Source: an uncultured virus (IMG/VR IMGVR_UViG_3300043436_000583)
Lineage: Duplodnaviria; Heunggongvirae; Uroviricota; Caudoviricetes
Direction: 5' to 3' (one strand)
IMG/VR virus record: IMGVR_UViG_3300043436_000583
Span: 1 to 64,000 of that record
Length of the DNA stretch: 64,000 bases
Positions 39,433 through 49,231 of this stretch are shown in pieces; the stretch's first letter is position 1, and the number at the start of each line of letters is the position of its first letter. Under the pieces are notes generated by a model. The model saw nothing but the letters and a program-made list of their open reading frames with translations. It had not been told where the DNA came from and searched no databases. Made by a program: the position numbers and the translations under genes.

Positions 39433-40682
39433 TATAAATACTGTTTGAATATATTTGTTATTCCTTCATCATAATCAATTAGGAATCCTGTAACTTCTGC
39501 TTTAGACATTGTGTGACCATTCTTATCATCCCATAGACTCTTAGCATTTGAGAATGCTGGGATCTGGTAAAATTTAATACCATTGAAATCATGACTCACT
39601 TCATGGTGTTTGTCTCCTGTAAATATATAGAACTTATCATGGTAAGACCACCCTGCTCTATATTCTATTGGAAACAATGCAGCAAGCTTTGCAGGTTTAA
39701 TAGCATCTCCATGATTAAACATCAATGCTGATTGACCATAGCTTACATACTTTCTATACTTAGGAGAACAATCAAATGTTACTCTCTCTGTATTTCTAAA
39801 GTAAGTTTGTAACCAATTAACCATATGCCATCCTACAAACTCATCATGATTACCTGCTACATATACTACCTTCACTTCATGACCATACTGTAATAACATT
39901 GTAATCATTAAGATCTCATGTCCACAGATATACTCAAAAGAAGTATGATATGTGTGAGTGTTTGTTTGAGGAGTTCCTTTTGTAGTCATACCAGTGTATT
40001 CACTATTGAACTCATCAGACCCAATGATATATGTAATTTGTTCTAAGTTGTTTGAAAGCTGAGCTTGGTTAGCTATCAACTCCACCTTGTACATGATATG
40101 AGCTAGTCTATTAGTAACATCATTGTTACCATCTATGTCATATTTGTTCAAGTGAGAGTCTTGTTTGTTGATGACTAACATACCTTTTGGTTTGTCAAAG
40201 TCAACTTTAGGACTCATAACCTCTTGACTTACAGGCTTATATGAAGCTAAAAAGTCTACAAACGCATCTTGAAAAACTTGTTCTGTAGACTTCTTCCCTA
40301 ACCAGGCTTTGACTTGCCAATGTGGATTCCCACCATTTCCCCAGTAGTTCTGTACGTACTTGGTGATTTCCCATTTGTCTGTGTCAATCTTACACTTTAC
40401 TATGAGCTCATCTAAGCTCTTAATTTCATCTTTTGTATTGAAGACAATCTCTCCTGTTCCTTTAGCAATATCCTCTTCAAATCTTACTATTGTTTCCTCT
40501 AGCTCAGAAACATAGTTACCTACCTCTGCCACTTCTTCAACAAGTTCTCTATTTCTTAACTCTATTAACAACTCATCAACCTCTGATTCTGTAATTCCAA
40601 GCTTGTCAGCGTAGAACTTTTTACTCTTTTTCCAATGTAGGATTTCTTCTAGCTGGTTTAGTAATGCTTGATTCTCAGGCAT
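39432..40682 (-). CDS. HTH-fused calcineurin-like metallophosphoesterase
   Basis: Motifs QDSH, GSD..N, AGNHD, NHGD, GDKHH; N-terminal YADKLGITESEV helix-turn-helix-like segment. Confidence 0.85.
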   Translation of the reverse strand: MPENQALLNQLEEILHWKKSKKFYADKLGITESEVDELLIELRNRELVEEVAEVGNYVSELEETIVRFEEDIAKGTGEIVFNTKDEIKSLDELIVKCKIDTDKWEITKYVQNYWGNGGNPHWQVKAWLGKKSTEQVFQDAFVDFLASYKPVSQEVMSPKVDFDKPKGMLVINKQDSHLNKYDIDGNNDVTNRLAHIMYKVELIANQAQLSNNLEQITYIIGSDEFNSEYTGMTTKGTPQTNTHTYHTSFEYICGHEILMITMLLQYGHEVKVVYVAGNHDEFVGWHMVNWLQTYFRNTERVTFDCSPKYRKYVSYGQSALMFNHGDAIKPAKLAALFPIEYRAGWSYHDKFYIFTGDKHHEVSHDFNGIKFYQIPAFSNAKSLWDDKNGHTMSKAEVTGFLIDYDEGITNIFKQYL

Positions 40683-40710
40683 ATGTAGTTTATTTTGGTT
40701 AAAATTATTG

Positions 40711-40742
40711 TAAAGATAGGAACTATTTCTGAATTTCCCAAA
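40711..40742 (-). promoter_or_regulatory. Bacteroidota-type promoter
   Basis: TTTG, 20 nt, TATCTTTA. Confidence 0.6.
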
Positions 40743-40791
40743 AATAAACTAACTATTTTGGTTATATGGAATAACTTTTTTAGTTATAGTT

Positions 40792-40825
40792 AAAACAAAA
40801 ACTCCCAGGGTAGAAACCCCAGGAG
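40792..40825 (-). terminator. Rho-independent terminator after the fibre cluster
   Basis: Minus strand CTCCTGGGGT-TTCT-ACCCTGGGAG followed by TTTTTGTTTT. Confidence 0.75.
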
Positions 40826-40865
40826 AACTTCCTGTAAACCAACAAACAGGATTTTTAAAATTGTA

Positions 40866-41429
40866 TTAGCATTGGAACTCATAATATTCAAAGGTGCCAC
40901 TTATAAGCTTCCAAGATATATTCTCTGAATCATAGAATAAAGCAGTGATAGGAGCACCTACAGCGTTTCTAGCAATTGCTGTACATGTTATAGAACTGCC
41001 TCCTCCTAGGCCTGCAAATGAATCACCATTGGCTACAAATAAGGCATAGTCAGAAGCATCTAAGAATATTCTTAAAATTGAACCTGTAGGACATCCATCA
41101 TATCCAGCATAACGTCCTATATCAGCTAAATATAATTCATTTGGATTAGGGGTTGTAGATGTAGAGGTTGTGCTTGTGCTACTTGTAGAAGTGGTGGTAG
41201 TTGTTGGAGCTCCAGATACAATTAAGTAAAGGTCTCTTTGACAAACTCCTGTAGATCTTACAAGAACTTCTGTAGTTCCATCTGGAGCTAGGCTTGAAGT
41301 ATATCCAGCAATAAGAGCTGCTCTAGAAATACCAGTTTCAAATGCTGTTGTGTAACCATCTGCATTTGAGTATAAGTTGAATGGACCTGTATCAGATCCT
41401 GCTAGGGTAAGTGTTATTAATACTGTCAT
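40866..41429 (-). CDS. Virion decoration-type protein with GPF N-terminal domain and poly-Thr/Ser linker
   Basis: MTVLITLTLAGSDTGPFNL...STGVC followed by TTTTTSTSSTSTTSTSTT. Confidence 0.6.
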   Translation of the reverse strand: MTVLITLTLAGSDTGPFNLYSNADGYTTAFETGISRAALIAGYTSSLAPDGTTEVLVRSTGVCQRDLYLIVSGAPTTTTTSTSSTSTTSTSTTPNPNELYLADIGRYAGYDGCPTGSILRIFLDASDYALFVANGDSFAGLGGGSSITCTAIARNAVGAPITALFYDSENISWKLISGTFEYYEFQC

Positions 41430-41443
41430 ATTGGTTTATTTTA

Positions 41444-41917
41444 TTAAGTAGGGACAACTGTCACTGAAGTTATTGTTAAACATGGATTTATACATCCACA
41501 GTTACTAAACCAGCTAACAACAGTATCTCCTATATAGAAGTTATAGTTTCCACCACTAGCATCATCATATACAACAGCTAGATAACCTGCTGATGTTGCA
41601 GCTGTATTAAATACCACTGTGTAGTTTCTTTGAGTTTCATATTCTCCAGGACAACAAAAACATTCTCCTGCAAAAGTGTCACTGTATCCATAAGACTGAA
41701 TTGTAGTTGGTACACCAGCTGAAACAATATCTTGATATCTAGGACATCTATTACTAGGATAGTTTATATAAGGAACACTAGTTGTACTTGTGTAATAGTA
41801 AGTATTTATATCTCCTTTAGTAACTATTTTGTTACCTGTAGGAGCACTTCCTCCAATAAGAGTAAGTCCCATAGTGTTTAACTCATTCCAAGTAACTAAA
41901 GCGTTGTTTGTTAGCAT
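41444..41917 (-). CDS. Small Cys-rich virion/fibre-associated protein
   Basis: N-terminus similar to that of 41933..43483; Cys clusters; within the fibre cluster. Confidence 0.55.
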   Translation of the reverse strand: MLTNNALVTWNELNTMGLTLIGGSAPTGNKIVTKGDINTYYYTSTTSVPYINYPSNRCPRYQDIVSAGVPTTIQSYGYSDTFAGECFCCPGEYETQRNYTVVFNTAATSAGYLAVVYDDASGGNYNFYIGDTVVSWFSNCGCINPCLTITSVTVVPT

Positions 41918-41932
41918 TTAACTATAATTGAT

Positions 41933-43483
41933 TTATAATGAACAAGCTCCATTACAAGTTGTGGCAGATGGAAGAGTAAGTAATACTGCAGGACTACCTG
42001 GACTAGTTGATTGTGTTATTTGATAAACGAATCCACTAAAGCTTGCATCTGCATAGAATCTATTTATTATAACAGAAGTTCCAGTTGGAAACGCAACTAA
42101 TACATTTGTACTTGTTATATTACAACCTGAACAATTATATTCATCTGCTAAATAATAATCATAATTTGGATTTGCTGTGGTAGATGTTGTAGTTGTAGTG
42201 GGACCAGGAGCACTAAAAGATCTTGACTTACTTAATCCTCCAAAAGTATAAGCTGTTGGAATAGATACTGTTGTCCAAGTTAACCAGTTAGTTGTAGTAG
42301 TTATTTGAGCACTGTCTATATATGTTATCAATGCATAAGTTCCATCTGAGTTAACAAATACTCCTCCTGGTGTTTGTCCTATTCCTGGAACTGGTAAATT
42401 AGTATTAAAATAATCAGCAAAATCAGAACCATAATTTGTAGAGTAGCGAAATTGATTTAATGTATTATTAGTATTGATTAATGCTACTAGCATGTATTGT
42501 CCATCCTGAGACATATCACAATACAAAGCTCTAAAGTCCTCATTATAATGCTTTTCAATAAATGATCCACCATAGTTAGAAGATGTATATATCCTTCCTT
42601 CTCCATTTACGTTACCTGTACCAAATGAAGATTGTTGTGATAATAATTGATATTGTCCTGAAGTATTTATGGCTACATCTGTCCAGTAACTGTTAGCAAA
42701 ATTATTAACACTAAATGATGCTCCATAATTAGAAGACTTAAATATTCTAGATCCCCAAGCAAAGCTTCCAGTTTGTAAGTTTCCAATAGCTGTAACATAT
42801 ATACCATCTCCAGAACATGCTATTTTTGGATAAGGAAGTTGTGTTAGTTGACCAAAACCAGTAACAGGAAAATAGTAAATATTAGTCCAAGTAACTCCAT
42901 AATCAGATGATTTGCATATAGTAAATGCTGAGGCACTAAATGCAACTATATACATATATTGCCCACTATCTGAAACACATGTTCCAGGCATATCATAAAC
43001 TGAACCTGGTGTTAATGACATTGTACATGAACGTGAAACAAATGTCACCCCATAATCACTTGATACTTTTATATCATTAGTTTGTGTACCTGATAATACG
43101 TATTGTCCTGCACCACTTCTAGAAACACTATATCCAGCAGAAATAGGATTTGACCATGTTGAACCTAAGTCATTTGAATATATTACAGTTCCATATGTTG
43201 GTGCACCTGGTGGAGTGTAAGGATTTGTATCATCAATTGCATATATTCTATTAGAATATGAAAGAGGTTGCAAATCATTTTTAACAACTAATTGATTAGC
43301 AGATTTACTAGAAAAGCTTGGATAGGAAGTATCTATGGCAACATAAGATGATGCCTCAGTTTTAGTTATTTGTTTTTGACTTACAGGAATAGTGGAAAGA
43401 GGAATAAATACACCAGTAGTTACTCCATCCTGAAGATTATTACAAGAAACTGTTTGATTACTTGCTATACCTGACCAACTCAT
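41933..43483 (-). CDS. Asp-box/BNR-repeat beta-propeller protein, putative receptor-binding protein
   Basis: Repeated Sx(D/N)xGx(T/S)(W/F): SNDLGSTW, SSDYGVTF, SSDYGVTW, SSNYGASF, SSNYGGSF, STNYGSDF. Confidence 0.8.
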   Translation of the reverse strand: MSWSGIASNQTVSCNNLQDGVTTGVFIPLSTIPVSQKQITKTEASSYVAIDTSYPSFSSKSANQLVVKNDLQPLSYSNRIYAIDDTNPYTPPGAPTYGTVIYSNDLGSTWSNPISAGYSVSRSGAGQYVLSGTQTNDIKVSSDYGVTFVSRSCTMSLTPGSVYDMPGTCVSDSGQYMYIVAFSASAFTICKSSDYGVTWTNIYYFPVTGFGQLTQLPYPKIACSGDGIYVTAIGNLQTGSFAWGSRIFKSSNYGASFSVNNFANSYWTDVAINTSGQYQLLSQQSSFGTGNVNGEGRIYTSSNYGGSFIEKHYNEDFRALYCDMSQDGQYMLVALINTNNTLNQFRYSTNYGSDFADYFNTNLPVPGIGQTPGGVFVNSDGTYALITYIDSAQITTTTNWLTWTTVSIPTAYTFGGLSKSRSFSAPGPTTTTTSTTANPNYDYYLADEYNCSGCNITSTNVLVAFPTGTSVIINRFYADASFSGFVYQITQSTSPGSPAVLLTLPSATTCNGACSL

Positions 43484-45165
43484 TATTTATTTAATTTAGC
43501 TTCTAACTCAGCAATACGTTTTTCTAGTTGAGCAATCTTCCAACTATGTACTTGTGTATAATCCACTACTAAGAAACCATCTTGTTTTTCTTCTACAGCA
43601 TCAGGTAATACATTCTGTACTTCTTGAGCAATATATCCCCAATGAGTTTTATTATCTCTTTCTTCATCTTTCCAAGTGAATGCTACAGTTTCTACATTGT
43701 TTGATGGAATAGCTGTAATTATATCTTTAAGTCTTAAGTCAGAGTTTTGGAAGAAAGAATCTGCATATATTGAACTACCACTTACAAACACACTTGAGTT
43801 TGTAAATCCAGAGTTTGCGTTAGTACATATAACTATTGCTCCTGCAGTTGCTGGAGAGATAGTTGTAAATCCAGGACCTGTTGGGCCAGTAGGGCCAGTT
43901 GGACCTATAGGACCAGGGCCACCAGGAGTACCTGGACTACCTGTTGGTCCAGGACCACCAGGAGTACCTGCTGGACCTGTTGGGCCTGGATTACCTGTAA
44001 GTCCTGTTGGACCTATACCTCCTGTTGGGCCTGTAGGACCAGTAGGTCCAGCAGCTCCACTAGTTCCACTAGAACCATTGCTACCAGGGCTACCAGGAGT
44101 TCCACTACCACCAGAAGTACCACTTGTACCTGTACTAGTTCCACTAGAAGCAGATGTACCTGCACTAGCTGATGTACCAGCTGTAGCTGAAGAACCTGAG
44201 GTTCCATTAGTACCAGCTGTGCCAGCTGTTCCTGATGAACCAGAACTTGCAGATGTTCCTGATGAAGCACTAGATCCACTAGTTCCTGCAGTTGCAGATG
44301 TACCTGATGAACCAGAGGTACCACTTGATCCGTTACCACCAGCAGCTCCAAATAAGTTTACAGTCCAAACTGCATATGTTCCTGAACCTGTTGTTGATGC
44401 TACATTAACAACCATAACACCTGTAAGGCTATCATAGCTTGTAACAGAACCTTGCATTGTATTAGATACATCATATGTCAAAAGCACTGTCTGAACAATA
44501 CTATAAGCTAATCCTGTATCAATAGTTAAAGTTTGAGTTCCAGTTCCTATTGTTAAAGATGTGACAGAAGATGATAGATATCTATCTCCATCTATACCAG
44601 CTGTACCTGATGTACCTGCTGGTCCTATTGAACCTGATGTACCAGACGTACCCATTGTACCATCTGCAGCAGATGTTCCTGAACTTCCTGAACTTCCAGA
44701 AAGACCAGAAGAAGCAGATGTACCAGCAGTTCCAGAAAGACCAGCAGAACCTGATGTACCATTAGAACCTTCTCTACCAGAACTTCCAGAGGTTCCACTA
44801 GAACCAGTTTCACCACTTGTGCCAGATGAACCAGCAGCACCACTAGCACCTGAGCTACCTGAAGTGCCAGATGAACCACCAGGTCCTGTAGCACCTGAAC
44901 TACCAGATGTTCCAGAGCTTCCTGTTATACCACTAGAACCAGAAGTTCCAGAAGTACCATTAATACCAACAACACCATTACAAAGAGCATCATCTATTTT
45001 TGATAGAGCACAGTCTAAGTTATCTCCAGTGTGAATTCCTGAACAAGGAAGGTTGGGTCCATTATATATAACATGAGCTGCTGTAGTTTCACAAAGAAGT
45101 GAACCACAGTTTTGACTAGGTTGATAATATGCGTTGTAACAAGGATCTCCAGGATTGCAAGCCAT
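43483..45165 (-). CDS. Collagen-like fibre with Gly-Ser/Thr and GPT repeats and C-terminal S74-type chaperone
   Basis: GPTGPTGP tract; [16 protein letters not shown] and terminal coiled coil. Confidence 0.85.
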   Translation of the reverse strand: MACNPGDPCYNAYYQPSQNCGSLLCETTAAHVIYNGPNLPCSGIHTGDNLDCALSKIDDALCNGVVGINGTSGTSGSSGITGSSGTSGSSGATGPGGSSGTSGSSGASGAAGSSGTSGETGSSGTSGSSGREGSNGTSGSAGLSGTAGTSASSGLSGSSGSSGTSAADGTMGTSGTSGSIGPAGTSGTAGIDGDRYLSSSVTSLTIGTGTQTLTIDTGLAYSIVQTVLLTYDVSNTMQGSVTSYDSLTGVMVVNVASTTGSGTYAVWTVNLFGAAGGNGSSGTSGSSGTSATAGTSGSSASSGTSASSGSSGTAGTAGTNGTSGSSATAGTSASAGTSASSGTSTGTSGTSGGSGTPGSPGSNGSSGTSGAAGPTGPTGPTGGIGPTGLTGNPGPTGPAGTPGGPGPTGSPGTPGGPGPIGPTGPTGPTGPGFTTISPATAGAIVICTNANSGFTNSSVFVSGSSIYADSFFQNSDLRLKDIITAIPSNNVETVAFTWKDEERDNKTHWGYIAQEVQNVLPDAVEEKQDGFLVVDYTQVHSWKIAQLEKRIAELEAKLNK

Positions 45166-45186
45166 TTTATAATTAGTTTAATAAGA

Positions 45187-46275
45187 TTAAGGAATGTACA
45201 TAATATAATATGAAGCTATGACAGGTTGAATATTTGCGTGAGCTGCCCCACCACCTGCATTAGCATTTGTAACACTTGTGCTTACGTCAACAGTAAGACT
45301 AACACTACTTGTAGTTTTAATATTTGATGAACTTTGACTACCAATTACATTTGAACCATCTCCAGCACCTTTATTTAAATAACTAATAGTATGACTATGA
45401 GGATTAGGAGTTATTGACGCAGTAGATGTAGCAGTTGCACTATGTGAGTGAGAAGGCATCTGTGATGCAATAAGCGTCACTGTATTTGCTCCAGCTGTAT
45501 TAAATATTGCATAGTTTGGATTACCAGGATTTGCAGGATTAACTGCAGCATCTAATGGACCACCTGGAACATTTTGAATAGCTCCAACAGCAACACGTCC
45601 TCTTCTATCAGGAGTACCATTTAAGCCATTGCATAGATTTACCTTATAGAAACCAGCAGAATTTAAGCCTGCACCTGTTCCATCAAAGTTAGTTAATGGT
45701 CCATAGTATTCATATGCTACATATGGAACCATTTTTAAATTTTGTTGGTTTGAACTACCACCTTGACTAGCTATATAAGCTGCAATCAAAGCATCTAAGT
45801 CTGCTAGCTTAACATAGTTTGTATCTACATCAAGTGTAAGAGCAGCAAGATCAGTGACAGTTAGACAAAGCTTATTTATAATAGCTTGGACAATAGCATG
45901 AGTGTCAGAAGAAGCTGTTACTCCTGTAAGACAATCTATTGTGTAATTAGCATTAAGTATAGTTAATATATCATCAATAGTAAATATTTGTGCTTGTAAG
46001 CTACATATAGCTGATACTGTAGCAGTAAATAACTCTTGAGTGTTTGGTGTATGAGCAGGTAAATATAAATCAACTATAGGACAAGATATATTTAATGCAA
46101 TAGCATCTCCTTCTCCTGATAATAAAGGAACCAAAGCATTCATTATGGCTTGTTCAACAGAAACTAAATTGTCTCCTGTTTCAACACCTAGTGCCTCATA
46201 GTTTATACCTGTATATCTAACACATTCATCAGATACTGTCTGAACACATCCATTATAACAACTTTCGCAAGACAT
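45187..46275 (-). CDS. Tail collar-domain fibre/baseplate-type protein
   Basis: LCNGLNGTPDRRGRVAVGA, TLIASQMPSHSH and HANIQP...YYIM are tail-collar family motifs. Confidence 0.75.
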   Translation of the reverse strand: MSCESCYNGCVQTVSDECVRYTGINYEALGVETGDNLVSVEQAIMNALVPLLSGEGDAIALNISCPIVDLYLPAHTPNTQELFTATVSAICSLQAQIFTIDDILTILNANYTIDCLTGVTASSDTHAIVQAIINKLCLTVTDLAALTLDVDTNYVKLADLDALIAAYIASQGGSSNQQNLKMVPYVAYEYYGPLTNFDGTGAGLNSAGFYKVNLCNGLNGTPDRRGRVAVGAIQNVPGGPLDAAVNPANPGNPNYAIFNTAGANTVTLIASQMPSHSHSATATSTASITPNPHSHTISYLNKGAGDGSNVIGSQSSSNIKTTSSVSLTVDVSTSVTNANAGGGAAHANIQPVIASYYIMYIP

Positions 46276-46283
46276 GGTTTAAT

Positions 46284-46559
46284 TTATTTATGAATTAACA
46301 CTTTAACTCTACTCACCACCTGAGAGGTAGTGGGAAGTCCACACACCATAGCATAGGTGGGAGTACAAAGTCTATATGTTAATATTTGTTTGTAATGTAA
46401 TAAATCATCAATTATCTCTCCAGGAATATAATTGTTCATGGAGAAGATAATATTATTATACTGGCGATTTGCCCAGTAAGTTAATCTTTCATCAATTTGT
46501 AATAGTGTAGCAGGGATGCTAGCATCAACTACACAATCTGTTAATCTTGGTGATAACAT
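46284..46559 (-). CDS. Hypothetical structural protein (possible tail hub subunit)
   Basis: Tightly packed ORF; synteny only. Confidence 0.5.
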   Translation of the reverse strand: MLSPRLTDCVVDASIPATLLQIDERLTYWANRQYNNIIFSMNNYIPGEIIDDLLHYKQILTYRLCTPTYAMVCGLPTTSQVVSRVKVLIHK

Positions 46560-46671
46560 CTTTTATTCTTTTTGTAGCGTTTTTAAGTTTGTTGTTGCAT
46601 GCTGAGCATAGGCCATTAATCAATTGACAGCCACAGCCCACCTTCATACCACATCCTCTACAGTTTGCCAT
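46525..46671 (-). CDS. Unannotated 48-aa Cys-rich protein MANCRGCGMKVGCGCQLINGLCSACNNKLKNATKRIKDVITKINRLCS
   Basis: Manual translation; ATG 1 nt after the upstream stop; fills the gap; CxxC/CGC/CxxC pattern. Confidence 0.7.
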   Translation of the reverse strand: MANCRGCGMKVGCGCQLINGLCSACNNKLKNATKRIKDVITKINRLCS

Positions 46672-46672
46672 A

Positions 46673-47230
46673 TTAAGGGAAATTAATTACATAGTTGTTT
46701 CCTGTACAACCACATTGGTTTGCAATAAAATAATCCAATTGTCTATTGGCTTGGACATATAATTTATTGGCTGTATCAATAGCACAGTTATTAGCTGCTG
46801 CTATAGAGCCTTGAATCATATACCAAATACTATTCAATACTACTTTTGACTGGGTTCTTATAGCTGAATCACATTCCATCATGTCAAGCTTCATAAATGC
46901 ACTATCAAACTTTTCTTGAATAAGTTCAGTACGCATAATGTTCTTCTCTACATAATTTACATTAGCAGGAGCAACTGAATATTTCATGAAATAAATTCCA
47001 TCAGGCAATGGTGTCACTGCTGGGAATGGACTTAATCCTAAAATAATTGAGTTGTAAACATTAAAGCTATTCACATTGAATGGAATAGAAACAGGTGTAG
47101 TAAAACCAGGAACAGTAATTTGCATAGTAGGAGCACTCACATTAGGTGGATCTGTATCATAAACAGATATATCAGCCACACCAAGTGTTTGTGTGTTATA
47201 TGTGTTGATTACTAAAAAATCTAATATCAT
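46673..47230 (-). CDS. Structural protein (possible tail hub subunit)
   Basis: LPDGIY..KYSV motif and Cys-rich helical C-terminus; synteny after the auxiliary capsid gene. Confidence 0.55.
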   Translation of the reverse strand: MILDFLVINTYNTQTLGVADISVYDTDPPNVSAPTMQITVPGFTTPVSIPFNVNSFNVYNSIILGLSPFPAVTPLPDGIYFMKYSVAPANVNYVEKNIMRTELIQEKFDSAFMKLDMMECDSAIRTQSKVVLNSIWYMIQGSIAAANNCAIDTANKLYVQANRQLDYFIANQCGCTGNNYVINFP

Positions 47231-47240
47231 GGTTTTTGAT

Positions 47241-47286
47241 AATAAAAATGCCAGAGGATTTGAGATATCCTCTCACCCTCTGGCAT
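47241..47286 (-). terminator. Rho-independent terminator after the auxiliary capsid gene
   Basis: ATGCCAGAGG...TGAGA/TCTCA...CCTCTGGCAT stem followed by TTTTATT on the minus strand. Confidence 0.75.
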
Positions 47287-47312
47287 AGGTTAATATGATG
47301 CTACTTTTATTC

Positions 47313-48473
47313 TTAAGGAATCAAAGTAGTTGTTGTTGAAGTACTAGGCCATACAGTAGTTGTAGTGCTAGTAGTTGTGATACAAGCAGTATCTCCAGCC
47401 ACAGCTCCTAAACCAGCTACTAATATAGCTTCAATTGCAGATGTTTGGTTCTCAGGAACAGCAATGATTACCATGCTATCTTCCATAATATAGTCACCCC
47501 ATTGGTAAGCACTCTTATCATACTCATTGAATTTGATATAGTACAAATCATAGATCTGACCATCAGTTACCCAAGACTCAAAGTTCTCGTTGTAACCATT
47601 CATTCTGTAAAGATGCTTCAAGTAACCAGCTTGGTAACTATAGAAGTTCTTCTCTAATTGTTGAACCTCAGCAGAAGTACCAACAGCATAGTTAGAACGT
47701 TGTGTGATTACTGGAGTAGCAACTCTATTACAAGGATCGTCAACAATGAAGTCAGCAGTTGTAGCTGGACCAGAGAAGATGAAAGTTCTAAAGTAGAATC
47801 TGTCATACTCAAAAGGGAATGCAGCAACGTCACAAGGTTGTCCATAAGCAGTCAAAGGTTTACCACTGATACGTAATAATGCACTTTGATCATCACCAAT
47901 TCTTTGGAATTGATAGAACTGAGTCAAATAAATGTTGTCTGGGTTGTCACCAGGTGCACGAGATTCTAACTTTAAGATTAATTCATCAATTAAAGCAGGA
48001 ACATCAACGTCTGTACAAGGATCATCACCACATCCAAGACATGGAGCATTAACTGTTACAGAACGAGTGAAACCATTGAAATACAATGTGTTTAAGTAGC
48101 TAGAGAAACCACGTAAAGTTAATGTTACAATCTCACCAGGTTTTACTGTGAAGTCAACTACATCAGTTACTTGATTCACTGGAGTAGGACAACCTAAAGA
48201 TTTGTACCATTCAGTTACGTTTGTTTTACAAGAGTTACCACTAGGACATCCAGCAATTTTGTCTGAACGCTTAGAACCTTGTAAGTAGGTGTTAACTCTA
48301 CCTTGAGCTACATAAAAATAAGGGGCAGCAGCAATGTTACCAGCTGTGGCAACGCTATAGTCATTTAGGAATATTCCTACTTGACCTGCTGTTAAGTCTT
48401 GTGTTGATCCAGAGCTAGGTAATGTGTTTCCTACTGGTACAACAAAGAGGGTGGTTAGGGAAAAATCAGCCAT
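47313..48473 (-). CDS. Probable auxiliary capsid protein with poly-Thr tail
   Basis: Third gene after MCP as in the crAss-like capsid block; followed by a terminator; C-terminal TTTSTTTTVWPSTSTTTT. Confidence 0.65.
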   Translation of the reverse strand: MADFSLTTLFVVPVGNTLPSSGSTQDLTAGQVGIFLNDYSVATAGNIAAAPYFYVAQGRVNTYLQGSKRSDKIAGCPSGNSCKTNVTEWYKSLGCPTPVNQVTDVVDFTVKPGEIVTLTLRGFSSYLNTLYFNGFTRSVTVNAPCLGCGDDPCTDVDVPALIDELILKLESRAPGDNPDNIYLTQFYQFQRIGDDQSALLRISGKPLTAYGQPCDVAAFPFEYDRFYFRTFIFSGPATTADFIVDDPCNRVATPVITQRSNYAVGTSAEVQQLEKNFYSYQAGYLKHLYRMNGYNENFESWVTDGQIYDLYYIKFNEYDKSAYQWGDYIMEDSMVIIAVPENQTSAIEAILVAGLGAVAGDTACITTTSTTTTVWPSTSTTTTLIP

Positions 48474-48499
48474 TTTGCTTTATATTTAATTGTTAAAAA

Positions 48500-49231
48500 T
48501 TATTCGTTTGTTTGTATTCTGTAAATTGAGCTTTGAACAGCACTTTGGTTTTCTGTATACATAGCCAAGTTTTGTACTGTAAGATCTAATAGTTCATCTT
48601 CTAGGTATAGTTCAAGTTCGCAATCCTGATCGAATGATGGTAATCCATCAAGCATGATATATCCTGCCTTATTTATATATTGAGGATATCTCATGTAAGA
48701 CATATATATATCCTTAGGTATAAACGTACCATCTGTAAATATAGAGATCTCATCAGAAGATATAAAGTTGAATGTCTCTTGATATTCAAAAGAGGGTCTA
48801 TAGTGAGTGTTGTTTAAGCAAAACTGTAAGTCACCATGCTTAGCCAAGTCTCTATTAATCCATATCTTTCTATCTGTACATCTTCCTTTGTCAGCTAATA
48901 TATAACTATCTATGTAGAACATGTACTGAGGTACAAGGAGATGAACGTTTGCAAACCATTGATTTAGTTCAGCATTCTTCAATGCTAGGGTAAGTGGTTG
49001 GTGATTGTAAGGCTGTACAAGACTTTGTAAGTCTTCATAACGCTTCTTAAACGCATCCATACCTAATCCAGAAACTGTACTAAACCCATCAACTTTTTGC
49101 TTTATCAATTTGATTTGAGCTTCATTCAATGCTAGAATTTTATCTTCTACAGGAATTTCTTGATGCTCGTTAGTGGATAGTTTATTTAGTTTCTGATCAA
49201 TCTTATATAATAAACTATCTACTGGGATCAT
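48500..49231 (-). CDS. Head-proximal ring (adaptor) protein
   Basis: LNEAQ...KKRYEDL...YMRYP...CEL pattern; conserved post-MCP position. Confidence 0.65.
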   Translation of the reverse strand: MIPVDSLLYKIDQKLNKLSTNEHQEIPVEDKILALNEAQIKLIKQKVDGFSTVSGLGMDAFKKRYEDLQSLVQPYNHQPLTLALKNAELNQWFANVHLLVPQYMFYIDSYILADKGRCTDRKIWINRDLAKHGDLQFCLNNTHYRPSFEYQETFNFISSDEISIFTDGTFIPKDIYMSYMRYPQYINKAGYIMLDGLPSFDQDCELELYLEDELLDLTVQNLAMYTENQSAVQSSIYRIQTNE

